UHGV virus genome: UHGV-0098755
DNA length: 64,000 nucleotides
From: a virus
Direction: 5' to 3' (one strand)
The position numbers were made by a program, and so were the translations under genes. The notes below the pieces were generated by a model. The model was not told the origin of the DNA. It saw only the letters and a list, made by a program, of their open reading frames with translations, and searched no databases. Position 1 is the stretch's first letter. Every line of letters begins with the position of its first letter. Positions 31,158-41,201 of this stretch are shown here, piece after piece.

Positions 31158-34100
31158 ATGGCTACTTTAAAACAAATACAATTTAAAAGAAGCAAAACCG
31201 CAGGTGCACGTCCTGCTGCTTCAGTATTAGCCGAAGGTGAATTGGCTATAAACTTAAAAGATAGAACACTTTTTACTAAAGATGATTCAGGAAATATCAT
31301 TGATTTAAGTATTTCCGCTGGCGGTAATATCAGTGGAAATATCACTCAAACTGGTGATTATTTACAAAATGGAACATATAATCTTAATGGAAACCAGTTT
31401 GTTTATGCTGGTAAATATATTGAATTCCTGCCTAAAACCGCGGGTAATGGTGCTTGGGCAAACCAACATAAAAATAAAGCTCCTATCTTTACCGATTTGA
31501 GTTCAACTACTTCTACTTCAGAATACCATCCGCTAATTAAACAACGCTATAAAGATGGAACTTTTTCTGTTGGTACGTTAGTAAATGAAGGAAGTTTTAA
31601 AATTCAATATATCAATGAATCTGGTGATTCAAAATATTGGACTTTTAATCGAAACGGTAGTTTTATTGTAGATAATGGCAATATTGAAGCTCGTGCTGGT
31701 AATATTTCGGCTTCAGGTAATATTAACTCGGCAACTGGATTTGTTTCTGCTCCACAGATTAATACAAAAACCATAGTTTTTGATACAAAAGCCTTTGGGC
31801 AATACGATTCACAGTCATTAGTTCAATATGTTTATCCTGGAACCGGTGAAACAAACGGAATCAATTACCTTCGTAAAGTTCGAGCTAAATCAGGCGGAAC
31901 CATTTACCATGAAATCGCTTCTGCGCAGACCGGTAAGAATGATGAAATTTCTTGGTGGACCGGAAATACACTTACTACTAAATTAATGGGTCTTCGTAAT
32001 GATGGCGCAATGGTATTACGTCGTTCACTTGCTATTGGCACAATTACCGCCGACGAAAATACTAACAACTACGGTTCTCCTACTCCAATGGGAGAAAGAT
32101 ATATTGCTTTGGGCGATGCTGCCACTGGTTTAAAATACATTAAGCAGGGTGTTTATGATTTAGTAGGTAATTGGAATTCTGTTGCTTCTATTACTCCTGA
32201 CAGTTTCCGTAGTACTCGTAAAGGTATATTTGGTCGTTCCGAGGACCAAGGCGCAACTTGGATAATGCCTGGAACCAACGCCGCGCTTTTATCGGTTCAA
32301 ACACAAGCTGATAATAACAATGCTGGAGACGGACAAACCCATATCGGGTACAATTCTGGCGGTAAAATGAACCACTATTTCCGTGGTACAGGTCAGATGA
32401 ATATCAATACCCAACAAGGTATGGAAATTAACCCGGGTATTTTGAAATTGGTAACTGGCTCTAATAATGTACAGTTTTATGCTGATGGCACTATTTCTTC
32501 TATCCAACCTGTTAAATTAGATAACGAATTATTTTTAAATAATTCTAATAATACCGCAGGCCTTAAATTTGGCGCCCCTAGCAAAGTTGATGGCTCGAGA
32601 ACTATCCAGTGGAACGCCGGGACCCGCCCGGGTCAGAACAAAAACTATGTGACCATGAAAGCATGGGGTAACGCATTCGACTCCACTGCCGGTAATCGTG
32701 AAACCGTATTTGAATTGTATGACGGCCAGGGCTATCATTTTTGTTCTCAACGTTTAGCACCGACGGGTTCTGAAACTGTTGGTGCTCTTCAATTCAGAAT
32801 TTCCGGCGCTTTACGTGTGGGTGGTGGTATTATATCGGCTGGTTCTATTGCTACTGAATCAAGTTTAGTTGCTAATAATGGATTGTCTGTAAACGGACAA
32901 GCCAAATTTGGCGGAACAGCAAATGCATTGAGAATTTGGAACGCCGAATATGGCGCTATTTTCCGTCGTTCAGAAACAGCATTGCACATTATTCCTACTC
33001 TTAAAGACCAAGGAGAAAATGGCGAAATAGGTAATCTTCGTCCATTGAGCATCGCACTTCATAACGGTATGGTACAAATGCGCCATTCTGTCACGTTAGG
33101 CGATGATGGCAGAGGTGGCAATATGATTACCGTGGACAATGACAGCAAACTTGTCGTGGTAACTTCTAATGCCAGATTAAGCCCTAATTTCCGCATGCAA
33201 ATAGGTCAGTCATCTTATATTGATGCTGAATGTACTGATGCTGTTCGCCCGGCAGGCGCGGGTTCATTTGCTTCTCAGAATAATGAAAATGTCCGTGCGC
33301 CGTTCTATATGAATATTAATCGCACAGATACAAGTACTTACGTTCCTATTTTAAAACAACGCTATGTTCAAGGAAATAGCTGTTATTCTTTAGGTACTTT
33401 AATAAATGGCGGTAACTTCAGAGTTCATTATCATGAAGGTGGTGATAATGGTTCAACTGGTCCTTTAATTAAAGACTTTGGATGGGAATTTACTCGTTCC
33501 GGTGATTTTATATCTCCTAAGCGTGTTTCTGCTGGTGGTTCAGTTTATTTAGGTACGGATGGTAATATCACTGGCGGTTCATTACCTAACTTTGCTAACC
33601 TGAACACAACTTTAGAACGTAGAGTTAAGGTCGGAACTTGGTCCGGTAGTTCAACTGCAGGATGGTATAAATTTGCTACTGTAACTATGCCACAATCAGT
33701 TTCTACCGTCCAATTTAAGATTATAGGTGGTAATGGATATAATGCCAATTCACCAGAACAGGCTACAATTACTGAAGTAGTTCTTCGTACCAGTAATAAC
33801 AATCCTAAAGGTATTAACGCCACTTTATGGGGGCGCACGGGTAATGGATTTACTAATATAGCAACAATTAATACCTCCGGTGATGATTATGACGTTTATC
33901 TGTATGCTGGGACTTATGCAGACAAACTTATAGTTGAATATGACGCCACAGAAAATACCCGTTATATTTCGGTAATTGGACTTAATGGTGGATATCAAAC
34001 ACCAGTAACAGAATTACCCGCTGGTCATCTGCGCGGTCAAGTGTATATGATGTACTCTGATGCTCAGATACCTTATCCGGTCGGTGCTCCGATTCCGTGG

Positions 34101-34775
34101 CCGAGTGATTCAGTTCCTGCTGGATTTGCTTTGATGGAAGGTCAGACCTTTGATAAGTCCGCATATCCAAAGTTAGCTGTTGCATATCCTAGCGGTGTTA
34201 TTCCAGATATGCGCGGGCAAACTATCAAGGGTAAACCAAGTGGTCGTGCTGTTTTGAGCGCTGAGGCAGATGGTGTTAAGGCTCATAGCCATAGTGCATC
34301 GGCTTCAAGTACTGACTTAGGTACTAAAACCACATCAAGTTTCGACTATGGTACTAAGACGACAAGTAGTTTCGACTATGGTACTAAGACCAGTAATAAT
34401 ACTGGTGCTCATACGCATAGTTTGAGCGGTTCCACAAACACCGCCGGTGCGCACAGCCACACAAGCGCTCTTTATGCGGGAAGTAACAACTCTCCTGGTA
34501 CTGGTGCTATAAGAGGATCCGCCGGTTCTGGTAATACGCTTGGAACTTCTTCTTCTGGGGCACATTCGCACTCTATATCTGGTACTGCTGCAAGCGCAGG
34601 CGCTCACGCACATACTGTTGGTATTGGTGCTCATACCCATACAGTTGGTATTGGTGCTCACACCCATTCAGTAGCAATTGGTTCACATGGGCATACAATA
34701 ACTGTAAATAGTACAGGTAATACAGAAAACACGGTTAAAAACATTGCTTTTAACTATATCGTTCGTTTAGCATAA
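31158..34775 (+). CDS. 37: long tail fibre distal subunit gp37 (receptor-recognising tip)
   Basis: 1205 aa; [13 protein letters not shown]... N-terminus; C-terminal HxH His-box repeats ending [11 protein letters not shown]. Confidence 0.95.
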   Translation: MATLKQIQFKRSKTAGARPAASVLAEGELAINLKDRTLFTKDDSGNIIDLSISAGGNISGNITQTGDYLQNGTYNLNGNQFVYAGKYIEFLPKTAGNGAWANQHKNKAPIFTDLSSTTSTSEYHPLIKQRYKDGTFSVGTLVNEGSFKIQYINESGDSKYWTFNRNGSFIVDNGNIEARAGNISASGNINSATGFVSAPQINTKTIVFDTKAFGQYDSQSLVQYVYPGTGETNGINYLRKVRAKSGGTIYHEIASAQTGKNDEISWWTGNTLTTKLMGLRNDGAMVLRRSLAIGTITADENTNNYGSPTPMGERYIALGDAATGLKYIKQGVYDLVGNWNSVASITPDSFRSTRKGIFGRSEDQGATWIMPGTNAALLSVQTQADNNNAGDGQTHIGYNSGGKMNHYFRGTGQMNINTQQGMEINPGILKLVTGSNNVQFYADGTISSIQPVKLDNELFLNNSNNTAGLKFGAPSKVDGSRTIQWNAGTRPGQNKNYVTMKAWGNAFDSTAGNRETVFELYDGQGYHFCSQRLAPTGSETVGALQFRISGALRVGGGIISAGSIATESSLVANNGLSVNGQAKFGGTANALRIWNAEYGAIFRRSETALHIIPTLKDQGENGEIGNLRPLSIALHNGMVQMRHSVTLGDDGRGGNMITVDNDSKLVVVTSNARLSPNFRMQIGQSSYIDAECTDAVRPAGAGSFASQNNENVRAPFYMNINRTDTSTYVPILKQRYVQGNSCYSLGTLINGGNFRVHYHEGGDNGSTGPLIKDFGWEFTRSGDFISPKRVSAGGSVYLGTDGNITGGSLPNFANLNTTLERRVKVGTWSGSSTAGWYKFATVTMPQSVSTVQFKIIGGNGYNANSPEQATITEVVLRTSNNNPKGINATLWGRTGNGFTNIATINTSGDDYDVYLYAGTYADKLIVEYDATENTRYISVIGLNGGYQTPVTELPAGHLRGQVYMMYSDAQIPYPVGAPIPWPSDSVPAGFALMEGQTFDKSAYPKLAVAYPSGVIPDMRGQTIKGKPSGRAVLSAEADGVKAHSHSASASSTDLGTKTTSSFDYGTKTTSSFDYGTKTSNNTGAHTHSLSGSTNTAGAHSHTSALYAGSNNSPGTGAIRGSAGSGNTLGTSSSGAHSHSISGTAASAGAHAHTVGIGAHTHTVGIGAHTHSVAIGSHGHTITVNSTGNTENTVKNIAFNYIVRLA
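34320..34391 (+). repeat. imperfect 30-nt tandem repeat inside gene 37 (encodes [10 protein letters not shown] x2 plus a partial copy)
   Basis: ggtactaaaaccacatcaagtttcgactat / ggtactaagacgacaagtagtttcgactat / ggtactaagacc. Confidence 0.7.
34614..34667 (+). repeat. 27-nt tandem duplication inside gene 37 (encodes TVGIGAHTH x2)
   Basis: actgttggtattggtgctcatacccat / acagttggtattggtgctcacacccat. Confidence 0.7.
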
Positions 34776-34778
34776 GGA

Positions 34779-34796
34779 GAGGGGCTTCGGCCCCTT
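34779..34796 (+). promoter_or_regulatory. UUCG-tetraloop stem-loop between genes 37 and 38, overlapping the gene 38 Shine-Dalgarno
   Basis: GGGGC-UUCG-GCCCC at 34781-34794 with flanking pairs; AAGGAGAGGGG precedes it. Confidence 0.4.
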
Positions 34797-34802
34797 CTAA
34801 AT

Positions 34803-35354
34803 ATGAAAATATATCATTATTATTTTGACACTAAAGAATTTTACAAAGAAGAAAATTACAAACCGGTTAAAGGTCTTGGTCTTCCCGCTCATTCAACAAT
34901 TAAAAAACCTTTAGAACCTAAAGAAGGATACGCAGTTGTATTTGATGAACGTATTCAGGATTGGATTTATGAAGAAGACCATCGCGGTAAACGGGCTTGG
35001 ACTTTTAATAAAGAAGAAATCTTAATAACTGACATAGGAAGCCCGGTTGGTATAACTTTTGATGAACCCGGCGAATTTGATATATGGACTGATGATGGTT
35101 GGAAAGAAGACGAAACATATAAACGCGTTTTAATTCGTAATAGAAAAATTGAAGAATTATATAAAGAATTCCAAGTATTGAATAATATGATCGAAGCTTC
35201 AGTTGCAAATAAAAAGGAAAAATTCTATTATCAAAACCTTAAACGGTTCTTTGCTCTTTTAGAAAAGCATGAGCATCTAGGTGGTGAATTTCCTAAATGG
35301 CCTGAAAAAGAACGGAAGCCTTGGTATAAGCGTTTATTCAGGAATTACGTATAA
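34803..35354 (+). CDS. 38: tail fibre assembly chaperone gp38 (T4 type)
   Basis: 183 aa, MKIYHYYFDTKEFYKEENYKPVKGLGLP... Confidence 0.95.
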   Translation: MKIYHYYFDTKEFYKEENYKPVKGLGLPAHSTIKKPLEPKEGYAVVFDERIQDWIYEEDHRGKRAWTFNKEEILITDIGSPVGITFDEPGEFDIWTDDGWKEDETYKRVLIRNRKIEELYKEFQVLNNMIEASVANKKEKFYYQNLKRFFALLEKHEHLGGEFPKWPEKERKPWYKRLFRNYV

Positions 35355-35357
35355 ATA
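35350..35357 (+). promoter_or_regulatory. T4 late promoter TATAAATA for holin gene t (overlaps gene 38 stop)
   Basis: Exact TATAAATA 18 nt upstream of the t ATG; AAGGAGGG Shine-Dalgarno. Confidence 0.7.
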
Positions 35358-35375
35358 TCCTTAAAAGGAGGGTCT

Positions 35376-36032
35376 ATGGCAGCACCTAGAATATCATTTT
35401 CGCCCTCTGATATTCTGTTTGGTGTTCTAGATCGCTTGTTCAAAGATAACGCTACCGGGAAAGTTCTTGCTTCCCGGGTAGCTGTCGTAATTCTTTTGTT
35501 TATAATGGCGATTGTTTGGTATAGGGGAGATAGTTTCTTTGAGTACTATAAGCAATCAAAGTATGAAACATACAGTGAAATTATTGAAAAGGAAAGAACT
35601 GCACGCTTTGAATCTGTCGCCCTGGAACAACTCCAGATAGTTCATATATCATCTGAGGCAGACTTTAGTGCGGTGTATTCTTTCCGCCCTAAAAACTTAA
35701 ACTATTTTGTTGATATTATAGCATACGAAGGAAGATTACCTTCAACAATAACTGAAAAATCACTTGGAGGATATCCTGTTGATAAAACTATGGATGAATA
35801 TACAGTTCATTTAAATGGACGTCACTATTATTCCAATTCAAAATTTGCTTTTTTACCAACTAAAAAGCCTACTCCCGAAATAAATTACATGTATAGTTGT
35901 CCATATTTCAATTTGGATAATATCTATGCTGGAACGATAACCATGTACTGGTATAGAAATGATCATATAAGTAATGACCGCCTTGAATCAATATGTGCTC
36001 AGGCGGCCAGAATATTAGGAAGGGCTAAATAA
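35376..36032 (+). CDS. t: holin T
   Basis: 218 aa, MAAPRISFSPSDILFGVLDRLF... with one transmembrane helix and a large periplasmic domain. Confidence 0.95.
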   Translation: MAAPRISFSPSDILFGVLDRLFKDNATGKVLASRVAVVILLFIMAIVWYRGDSFFEYYKQSKYETYSEIIEKERTARFESVALEQLQIVHISSEADFSAVYSFRPKNLNYFVDIIAYEGRLPSTITEKSLGGYPVDKTMDEYTVHLNGRHYYSNSKFAFLPTKKPTPEINYMYSCPYFNLDNIYAGTITMYWYRNDHISNDRLESICAQAARILGRAK

Positions 36033-36305
36033 TTATTTGTTCGTATACATCTCTAGATATCGATATACACTCTCAAAACCCTCGTTGAATTCGTCGATGA
36101 GGGTTTTCTTATCTTCTTGGGTTAATTCAGAAACAATTTTACGGAATGAATTCTGATTTAACTTTCTACCTTCATGTGTTACTCCAATCTCATTCAGAAA
36201 TGCAATAAAATTAGCACGATTCTCAACAATATCTTCTCTGGAAAATTTAATCAAAATAGATGCAATAGTAATAATTTCACGAACTGTATCAATGTTTTTA
36301 TTCAT
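36033..36305 (-). CDS. asiA: anti-sigma70 factor AsiA
   Basis: 90 aa, MNKNIDTVREIITIASILIKFSREDIVENRANF... Confidence 0.95.
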   Translation of the reverse strand: MNKNIDTVREIITIASILIKFSREDIVENRANFIAFLNEIGVTHEGRKLNQNSFRKIVSELTQEDKKTLIDEFNEGFESVYRYLEMYTNK

Positions 36306-36317
36306 TAACTATACCAC

Positions 36318-36470
36318 TCAATTAGTTGACTTTGTTATAATATCATCAGACACTTGATTTGTAAACTGGTCTGTGTTATTTTCTTCAAAAATTTTTTCTA
36401 CGAATTCCTTGAACGATTCACGTTCCTGAGCTACATTATGCTCGATTACCTTTTCAAGATTATGACTCAT
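36318..36470 (-). CDS. small hypothetical protein (50 aa), below ORF-track cut-off
   Basis: ATG at 36468-36470 overlaps the arn stop (ATGA); MSHNLEKVIEHNVAQERESFKEF... Confidence 0.5.
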   Translation of the reverse strand: MSHNLEKVIEHNVAQERESFKEFVEKIFEENNTDQFTNQVSDDIITKSTN

Positions 36471-36745
36471 TCGAAATAATCTTCAATTTCGTAATCATGG
36501 ACATAAATCATTATAGTTTTTAATACATCATCAATACTTTTTCCTGGAGCTGGAATTACGTAAAAATATCCCGCCTTTGAGTTATCTTTATAAGTTCCAA
36601 CCAAGAAATCATTATTTTCAAGATGTAGTTCTTCAACTAATTCATCGACAATTGAGTGGTATAAATTTGGTAGAAACTTATATAGCTTTTCTAGAATATC
36701 AATTTTGATTGTATATTGAACCACAGATTGAGAATCAATAATCAT
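36467..36745 (-). CDS. arn: Arn-like anti-restriction (McrBC inhibitor) protein
   Basis: 92 aa acidic protein adjacent to asiA, as in T4. Confidence 0.75.
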   Translation of the reverse strand: MIIDSQSVVQYTIKIDILEKLYKFLPNLYHSIVDELVEELHLENNDFLVGTYKDNSKAGYFYVIPAPGKSIDDVLKTIMIYVHDYEIEDYFE

Positions 36746-36828
36746 AGACCTTCCCCTTATGTTTCTGTTTGCGATTAGATTCTTTAAACGCTTTCTTCTT
36801 ATCTTTATGAACAGAAGCTTTATTAAAA

Positions 36829-37047
36829 TTATGTTTTGCGACTAAATTGTTCATAGTGCTGAATCACCTCTCTCAAACATTTGCATGTGAATGAAAACTT
36901 TTTAGCTACACCACATTCAAATATATGTTCTCTTAAATCACGTGTGTCAGTATATCCCATCTCAACAATAAAATGCCGTATTAGATTTTTATCTTTATCA
37001 TTGAGAGAGTTAAAATAATCGGATTTTGAATTAATTTCCCTGGCCAA
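36829..37047 (-). CDS. hypothetical protein (72 aa) with CxxC...CxC cluster
   Basis: ORF track. Confidence 0.55.
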   Translation of the reverse strand: MAREINSKSDYFNSLNDKDKNLIRHFIVEMGYTDTRDLREHIFECGVAKKFSFTCKCLREVIQHYEQFSRKT

Positions 37048-37327
37048 ATTGAATCACCTTCAGTTGACGTTTTAGTTCTTTTATCATCTCTTCGTTCATC
37101 GCAATATAAAGATCGCGTAAAGCAGGTTTTAGCATTCCATTTATTGGGGAACTAAATGGACATACATAATCTTTTCCTACGAGCTTTTTAGCGAATTCCA
37201 TATTACAGAACTGAAATGCCGGTTCATTGGCATAAATTCCCCATTTGGTTGACATCATTTTATTGGCATATTCCAATGCTTGAATTTGATTAGTAATTCC
37301 ATCAATTTGAAACTTTTTAATATTCAT
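37031..37327 (-). CDS. hypothetical protein (98 aa)
   Basis: ORF track. Confidence 0.55.
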   Translation of the reverse strand: MNIKKFQIDGITNQIQALEYANKMMSTKWGIYANEPAFQFCNMEFAKKLVGKDYVCPFSSPINGMLKPALRDLYIAMNEEMIKELKRQLKVIQFGQGN

Positions 37328-37788
37328 TAGTAAAGGTCCTCAGAGTAAAGTTCTTTTTCACTACCGCCGCGTTCAATACGTACTTGTCCAGCGTAAGTTG
37401 CAATAATCATTGCTTCTTCACGTGTCCAATAATTACTATATTGGTCAATAAACCCTTGGTCATCATCACAAACTTGTTGAGTAACTAATTGGGGTTTAAC
37501 TACATCTAAAACTTCGGCCATATCTTTAGAATAATGACGAGCACCCGGAATAATAAGAGTTCGTCCATCTTTTAATTTAAAACGGTTGGCTGCACAAACA
37601 ATTCGTCGTTGATACTTTTGGTTTTCATCCCAGTATGCAGACTGCCAACAGATTTCAGGAACTTCTTTTAGAATATCTTCTTCTGTGCATTTATAACCAT
37701 GTGCTTTAAATTTTTCAACAAGACTTTCTGGAGTTTCACGAGATAAAGGAACATTCAGCATTTTTAAACGATTAATAAATGGATTCAT
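37327..37788 (-). CDS. hypothetical protein (153 aa)
   Basis: ORF track. Confidence 0.6.
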   Translation of the reverse strand: MNPFINRLKMLNVPLSRETPESLVEKFKAHGYKCTEEDILKEVPEICWQSAYWDENQKYQRRIVCAANRFKLKDGRTLIIPGARHYSKDMAEVLDVVKPQLVTQQVCDDDQGFIDQYSNYWTREEAMIIATYAGQVRIERGGSEKELYSEDLY

Positions 37789-38114
37789 TTAAACCATCCT
37801 TTAATACGCTGCCACAAAGTTTTCTGTTGAGCTTTGTTAACACCAATTGAGCGAATAACTGGTTGAGATTCCTGGAATTCTTTATAATCAGCGAGGTAAA
37901 TTTCGTAAGCTGAATCCGTAAAGGAACTTATCGCTGCCATGAAATTGTTGCGAATACCTACTGGAGCATCTTTACTTTCACGAATAATCATGTATTTACC
38001 GGTCTTAATCTTTACGATAGTTCCAAGATAAGCTCCATGGTACCAGATATCCCACCCCTCTTGAGTGGGTTCTGCACAACGACGAAGTTCATTGATAATT
38101 TCTAACTTGTTCAT
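37785..38114 (-). CDS. hypothetical protein (109 aa)
   Basis: ORF track. Confidence 0.6.
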   Translation of the reverse strand: MNKLEIINELRRCAEPTQEGWDIWYHGAYLGTIVKIKTGKYMIIRESKDAPVGIRNNFMAAISSFTDSAYEIYLADYKEFQESQPVIRSIGVNKAQQKTLWQRIKGWFK

Positions 38115-38124
38115 TATTTATTCC

Positions 38125-38760
38125 TCACAGTTCAGATGCTACAGTAATTACAGCTTCAATGTTTTCTGCCGAGCGTTTAATGTCAAGATACACATTACCG
38201 TTTTTAGCGATTTTACATGACATTCCGATATCAGTAAATTTCTGAATATGATGTTCCATCATTTTGTATCCAAAAATTCGCATATTTCCATTGTTGTTAA
38301 TTTCAAAATTACGAATTCCGTGAGTGCGTTTTTCTAAAATAGCGAGATAGTTACTGCGATAAGTTTCAACCTTTTTAAGAACAAATCCATTTTCATCTAA
38401 AAGTTTTAACATGAAGTCTTTATCTTCTTCCATATCAGAAGTAATCTCACGAGCTTTACGAGTTGCTCGTTTTTTCAGCAGTTCTGGAGCATTTTCCTGC
38501 GCGTATAAAGTTGCTGCGTTTGAAATAATATCTTGAGCTTCACCTGTAATGATTAATCCATCACCAGATTTCTCCACCAGGCCTTTTTTAATCAATACCC
38601 CAATATTACTATTAACTACTGCATTACCTAAATCTGGATGCACCTCACGAACTTCTGCGGCTGTAATGAAATCTTTCTTAGCAATAGTAATTAAAATCGC
38701 AGCAGTTTTTTCATTCAGAACATCGTTAGAAGCTTTGATGATGTAAGTTACTTTAGACAT
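38125..38760 (-). CDS. motA: middle transcription activator MotA
   Basis: 211 aa, MSKVTYIIKASNDVLNEKTAAILITIAKKDFIT... Confidence 0.95.
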   Translation of the reverse strand: MSKVTYIIKASNDVLNEKTAAILITIAKKDFITAAEVREVHPDLGNAVVNSNIGVLIKKGLVEKSGDGLIITGEAQDIISNAATLYAQENAPELLKKRATRKAREITSDMEEDKDFMLKLLDENGFVLKKVETYRSNYLAILEKRTHGIRNFEINNNGNMRIFGYKMMEHHIQKFTDIGMSCKIAKNGNVYLDIKRSAENIEAVITVASEL

Positions 38761-38801
38761 TTTCTAATCTCCGTAATTCTGTATCAGTAGTTGATAGTTG
38801 T

Positions 38802-38831
38802 ATAGTACCATAGAATGCTTTGGTTGTAAAC
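38802..38831 (-). promoter_or_regulatory. putative early promoter for motA (-35 GTTTAC, 18-nt spacer, -10 TACTAT) with conserved leader
   Basis: gtaaac at 38826-38831, atagta at 38802-38807; leader ACAACUAUCAACUACUGAUACAG shared with other loci. Confidence 0.5.
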
Positions 38832-38856
38832 CGTTTTGTGAAAAAATTTTTGAAAT

Positions 38857-38882
38857 AAAAAAGGGAGAGCCGAGGCTCTCCC
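38857..38882 (-). terminator. intrinsic terminator (GGGAGAGC-loop-GCUCUCCC plus U6)
   Basis: Hairpin 38863-38882, A-run 38857-38862 on the plus strand. Confidence 0.6.
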
Positions 38883-38887
38883 TAAAA

Positions 38888-39037
38888 TTACTGCATGAAT
38901 GTGATAACTATCATGATAACACGTTGAATTCCGAACGCAAGAAGACCTCCTGCTACGGCTGGAACAACGCCTAAACCCGCCAGTAAAATGCTACCAGATA
39001 CTAATGCAGCGCTTGTAATACCTATGAATGGACTCAT
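38888..39037 (-). CDS. small hydrophobic membrane peptide (49 aa), below ORF-track cut-off
   Basis: MSPFIGITSAALVSGSILLAGLGVVPAVAGGLLAFGIQRVIMIVITFMQ; ATG overlaps the gene 52 stop (ATGA). Confidence 0.55.
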   Translation of the reverse strand: MSPFIGITSAALVSGSILLAGLGVVPAVAGGLLAFGIQRVIMIVITFMQ

Positions 39038-40362
39038 TTGATTTCCTCTAAATCTTTGGTGTATTCAGTAACTACATCAGTAGTTTTCCAATATTCGTTT
39101 TCTTCTTTTTTAGCTTTAGCTTCTTCAGCAAGTTTCTTCGCTTCATCGGAAGTCATATGAAAAATATTCATTCCAACTAGTTTATCAACATAAGAAGAAT
39201 ACATATCGATTTTCGAAAGTTCTTCGGTCAGTTCTTTACGAGTTTTACCTTGTACAACAATTTCACCTGAAATTACTTTCTTAATGAAATGTGCCTTGGC
39301 AAAGGCTAAACGAAATGCTGATTCAGTTTCTTTGATTTTGTTATCAATTCGTTTTTGGACATAAGTTTTACGAACTTCAACAAAGTCTTTAATTAAATCA
39401 ACTACGTTATCGTAAACTTGCAGCTTTCCTTTTTCATTAATGACGGTAATATTCTGGGAACGACGCTCAATCAACCCGAAGTCTTTCATGATTTTTGCAT
39501 GGCGTTCTTCTTCGTTATCGCTCAAAGAGTATTCTTTGCGGAATTTAATTTTAAAGCCAAAACCATGCTCACCACAAGCATCATCCCACGTAATGAAGCC
39601 TTTATCTTCAAGCGGGTCTAAGATTTTACTCACATAAGTTTCACGATCATACTTATACGGAATCTCAGTGATGTGCATTTGAGTTCGTGAAGTAAACTTA
39701 TATGTTCCACGAATTTCATATTGTCCATCAATTTCAACGACTTCACCACGAAATTCTGGGAATTCTACCTTCGGTTTAGTTACTTTCTTTCCTTGAAGAG
39801 CTTGCAGTACAGCTTTCTTAACAGAAGAAACGCTATGAGGAAGAATGTAAGTTGCATAACCAGTTGCAATACCGGAAACGCCATTAAGAAGAACAGTAGG
39901 AATAACAGGCAAATAGAAAGCAGGCGGAATGTGTTCTTTATCTTGATGTACCGGAGCATATTCAGTATCTTTATATACGTTATAGAAATTTTTACTTACA
40001 CGAGCAAAAATATAACGACTTGCTGCTGCTTTTTGAACGGTACGAGAACCAAAGTTTCCTTGACCATCTAATAGAGGAAAGTTATTATTCCAAGTATTAG
40101 CCATCAAAGCACCTGCGTCTTGCGCAGAGTTTTCACCATGATGATATCCAAGGTCCGCTACACCACCTGCAATAGAAGCGAGTTTGTGAAACTTATCTTT
40201 ATTTCCTCGTGCCAAATCAAGAGCTCGAGCAATAACAAATCGTTGAACTGGCTTAAATCCATCAATCATATTTGGAATGGCACGATTTTCAACCGTGTAC
40301 ATAGCATAAGCCAATGCTTCATTATCAATGATACTTTTTAAATCGCGATTATTCAGTTGCAT
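39034..40362 (-). CDS. 52: DNA topoisomerase II medium subunit gp52
   Basis: 442 aa, GyrA-like breakage-reunion domain; MQLNNRDLKSIIDNEALAYAMYTVENRAIP. Confidence 0.95.
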   Translation of the reverse strand: MQLNNRDLKSIIDNEALAYAMYTVENRAIPNMIDGFKPVQRFVIARALDLARGNKDKFHKLASIAGGVADLGYHHGENSAQDAGALMANTWNNNFPLLDGQGNFGSRTVQKAAASRYIFARVSKNFYNVYKDTEYAPVHQDKEHIPPAFYLPVIPTVLLNGVSGIATGYATYILPHSVSSVKKAVLQALQGKKVTKPKVEFPEFRGEVVEIDGQYEIRGTYKFTSRTQMHITEIPYKYDRETYVSKILDPLEDKGFITWDDACGEHGFGFKIKFRKEYSLSDNEEERHAKIMKDFGLIERRSQNITVINEKGKLQVYDNVVDLIKDFVEVRKTYVQKRIDNKIKETESAFRLAFAKAHFIKKVISGEIVVQGKTRKELTEELSKIDMYSSYVDKLVGMNIFHMTSDEAKKLAEEAKAKKEENEYWKTTDVVTEYTKDLEEIK

Positions 40363-40366
40363 AAAT

Positions 40367-40507
40367 TTACCATACTAGTGAATGTAGTGCCATAATAACA
40401 TCAGAAATGAAAAGCACGACTTGAATTAATCCGAACATTACTCCATAATATAGTGCTACCAATAAAGCAGCAAGGGCTACTGAGTAGCCCAAGATTTTCT
40501 TAATCAT
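40367..40507 (-). CDS. small hydrophobic membrane peptide (46 aa)
   Basis: MIKKILGYSVALAALLVALYYGVMFGLIQVVLFISDVIMALHSLVW; start overlaps the end of the ac-like ORF. Confidence 0.5.
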   Translation of the reverse strand: MIKKILGYSVALAALLVALYYGVMFGLIQVVLFISDVIMALHSLVW

Positions 40508-40655
40508 TAGATAACAACGCAAATGTTAAATATGCACACATACCCTGAGCTAAAGCTTGCGAAAACACGCTGCTGACATCAATACAGATAGTTAAAACAC
40601 ATGCTACTATCCAACAAATAAATGAAATAACTCCTAATAATTTTGCGATATTCAT
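40500..40655 (-). CDS. ac: Ac-like small membrane protein (51 aa)
   Basis: MNIAKLLGVISFICWIVACVLTICIDVSS...; GAGGAAAA Shine-Dalgarno; position next to stp as in T4. Confidence 0.55.
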   Translation of the reverse strand: MNIAKLLGVISFICWIVACVLTICIDVSSVFSQALAQGMCAYLTFALLSND

Positions 40656-40662
40656 ATTTTCC

Positions 40663-40743
40663 TCACTGGCGTCCGAAGACGCCTTTAGTTTTAAGATTAT
40701 TACGATAGAACTGCATCACGTGTTCGTTATGGAAATTACTCAT
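40663..40743 (-). CDS. stp: Stp peptide (suppressor of three-prime phosphatase; PrrC/EcoprrI modulator)
   Basis: 26-aa [29 protein letters not shown] matching my recollection of T4 Stp; contains GGCGUC-UUCG-GACGCC hairpin. Confidence 0.85.
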
Positions 40744-41201
40744 TAATATGCCTGCAAAACAAATTTAAAGTTATCAGCCAACATACGGTTCATTTCTTCA
40801 AGTGTTTGATACTCAGAATGATGATTACGAGTAAACGCCAAAGCTAACTGACCTTTACCAAATCCCGTCGTCAGAGGTTTCATCTTAGAAGCAGGCAGAT
40901 AAAACACTGTGTATGGAACATTGTTATTTGCAATAGTACGCGCAAGTTGAGACCGGCGTTGACGAATATGACTTAAAACCGCACTGAATCCTTGCTTAGA
41001 ACGCTGATTACCTACATAAAATCGCGCAGATACACACGGACTATCAAATGGACGACCATCTAATTTACTTACTAAAAAGTAAAATCCAGGTTTAGATAAA
41101 ATATCTTTATGTGGAACTCCCAAAAACCATTCACCGTTCTTGATTGTACCAATAACGGTAGCGCCTGCATTGTTCAGATCAGTAACAGTCATATATTTCA
41201 T
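40743..41201 (-). CDS. ndd: nucleoid disruption protein Ndd
   Basis: 152 aa from ATG at 41201 ([25 protein letters not shown]...) with GAGGAAA Shine-Dalgarno; the track ORF starts 16 codons upstream. Confidence 0.85.

Noticed and set aside
34335-34667. Minus-strand 110-aa Cys/Thr-rich ORF and other minus-strand ORFs inside genes 34 and 37
   Set aside because: Antisense to the tail-fibre genes within the late plus-strand operon; generated by the repetitive His-box coding sequence
34614-34667. Possible CRISPR-like or satellite repeat
   Set aside because: Only two in-frame tandem units inside gene 37 with no spacers; these are coding duplications, not a CRISPR array
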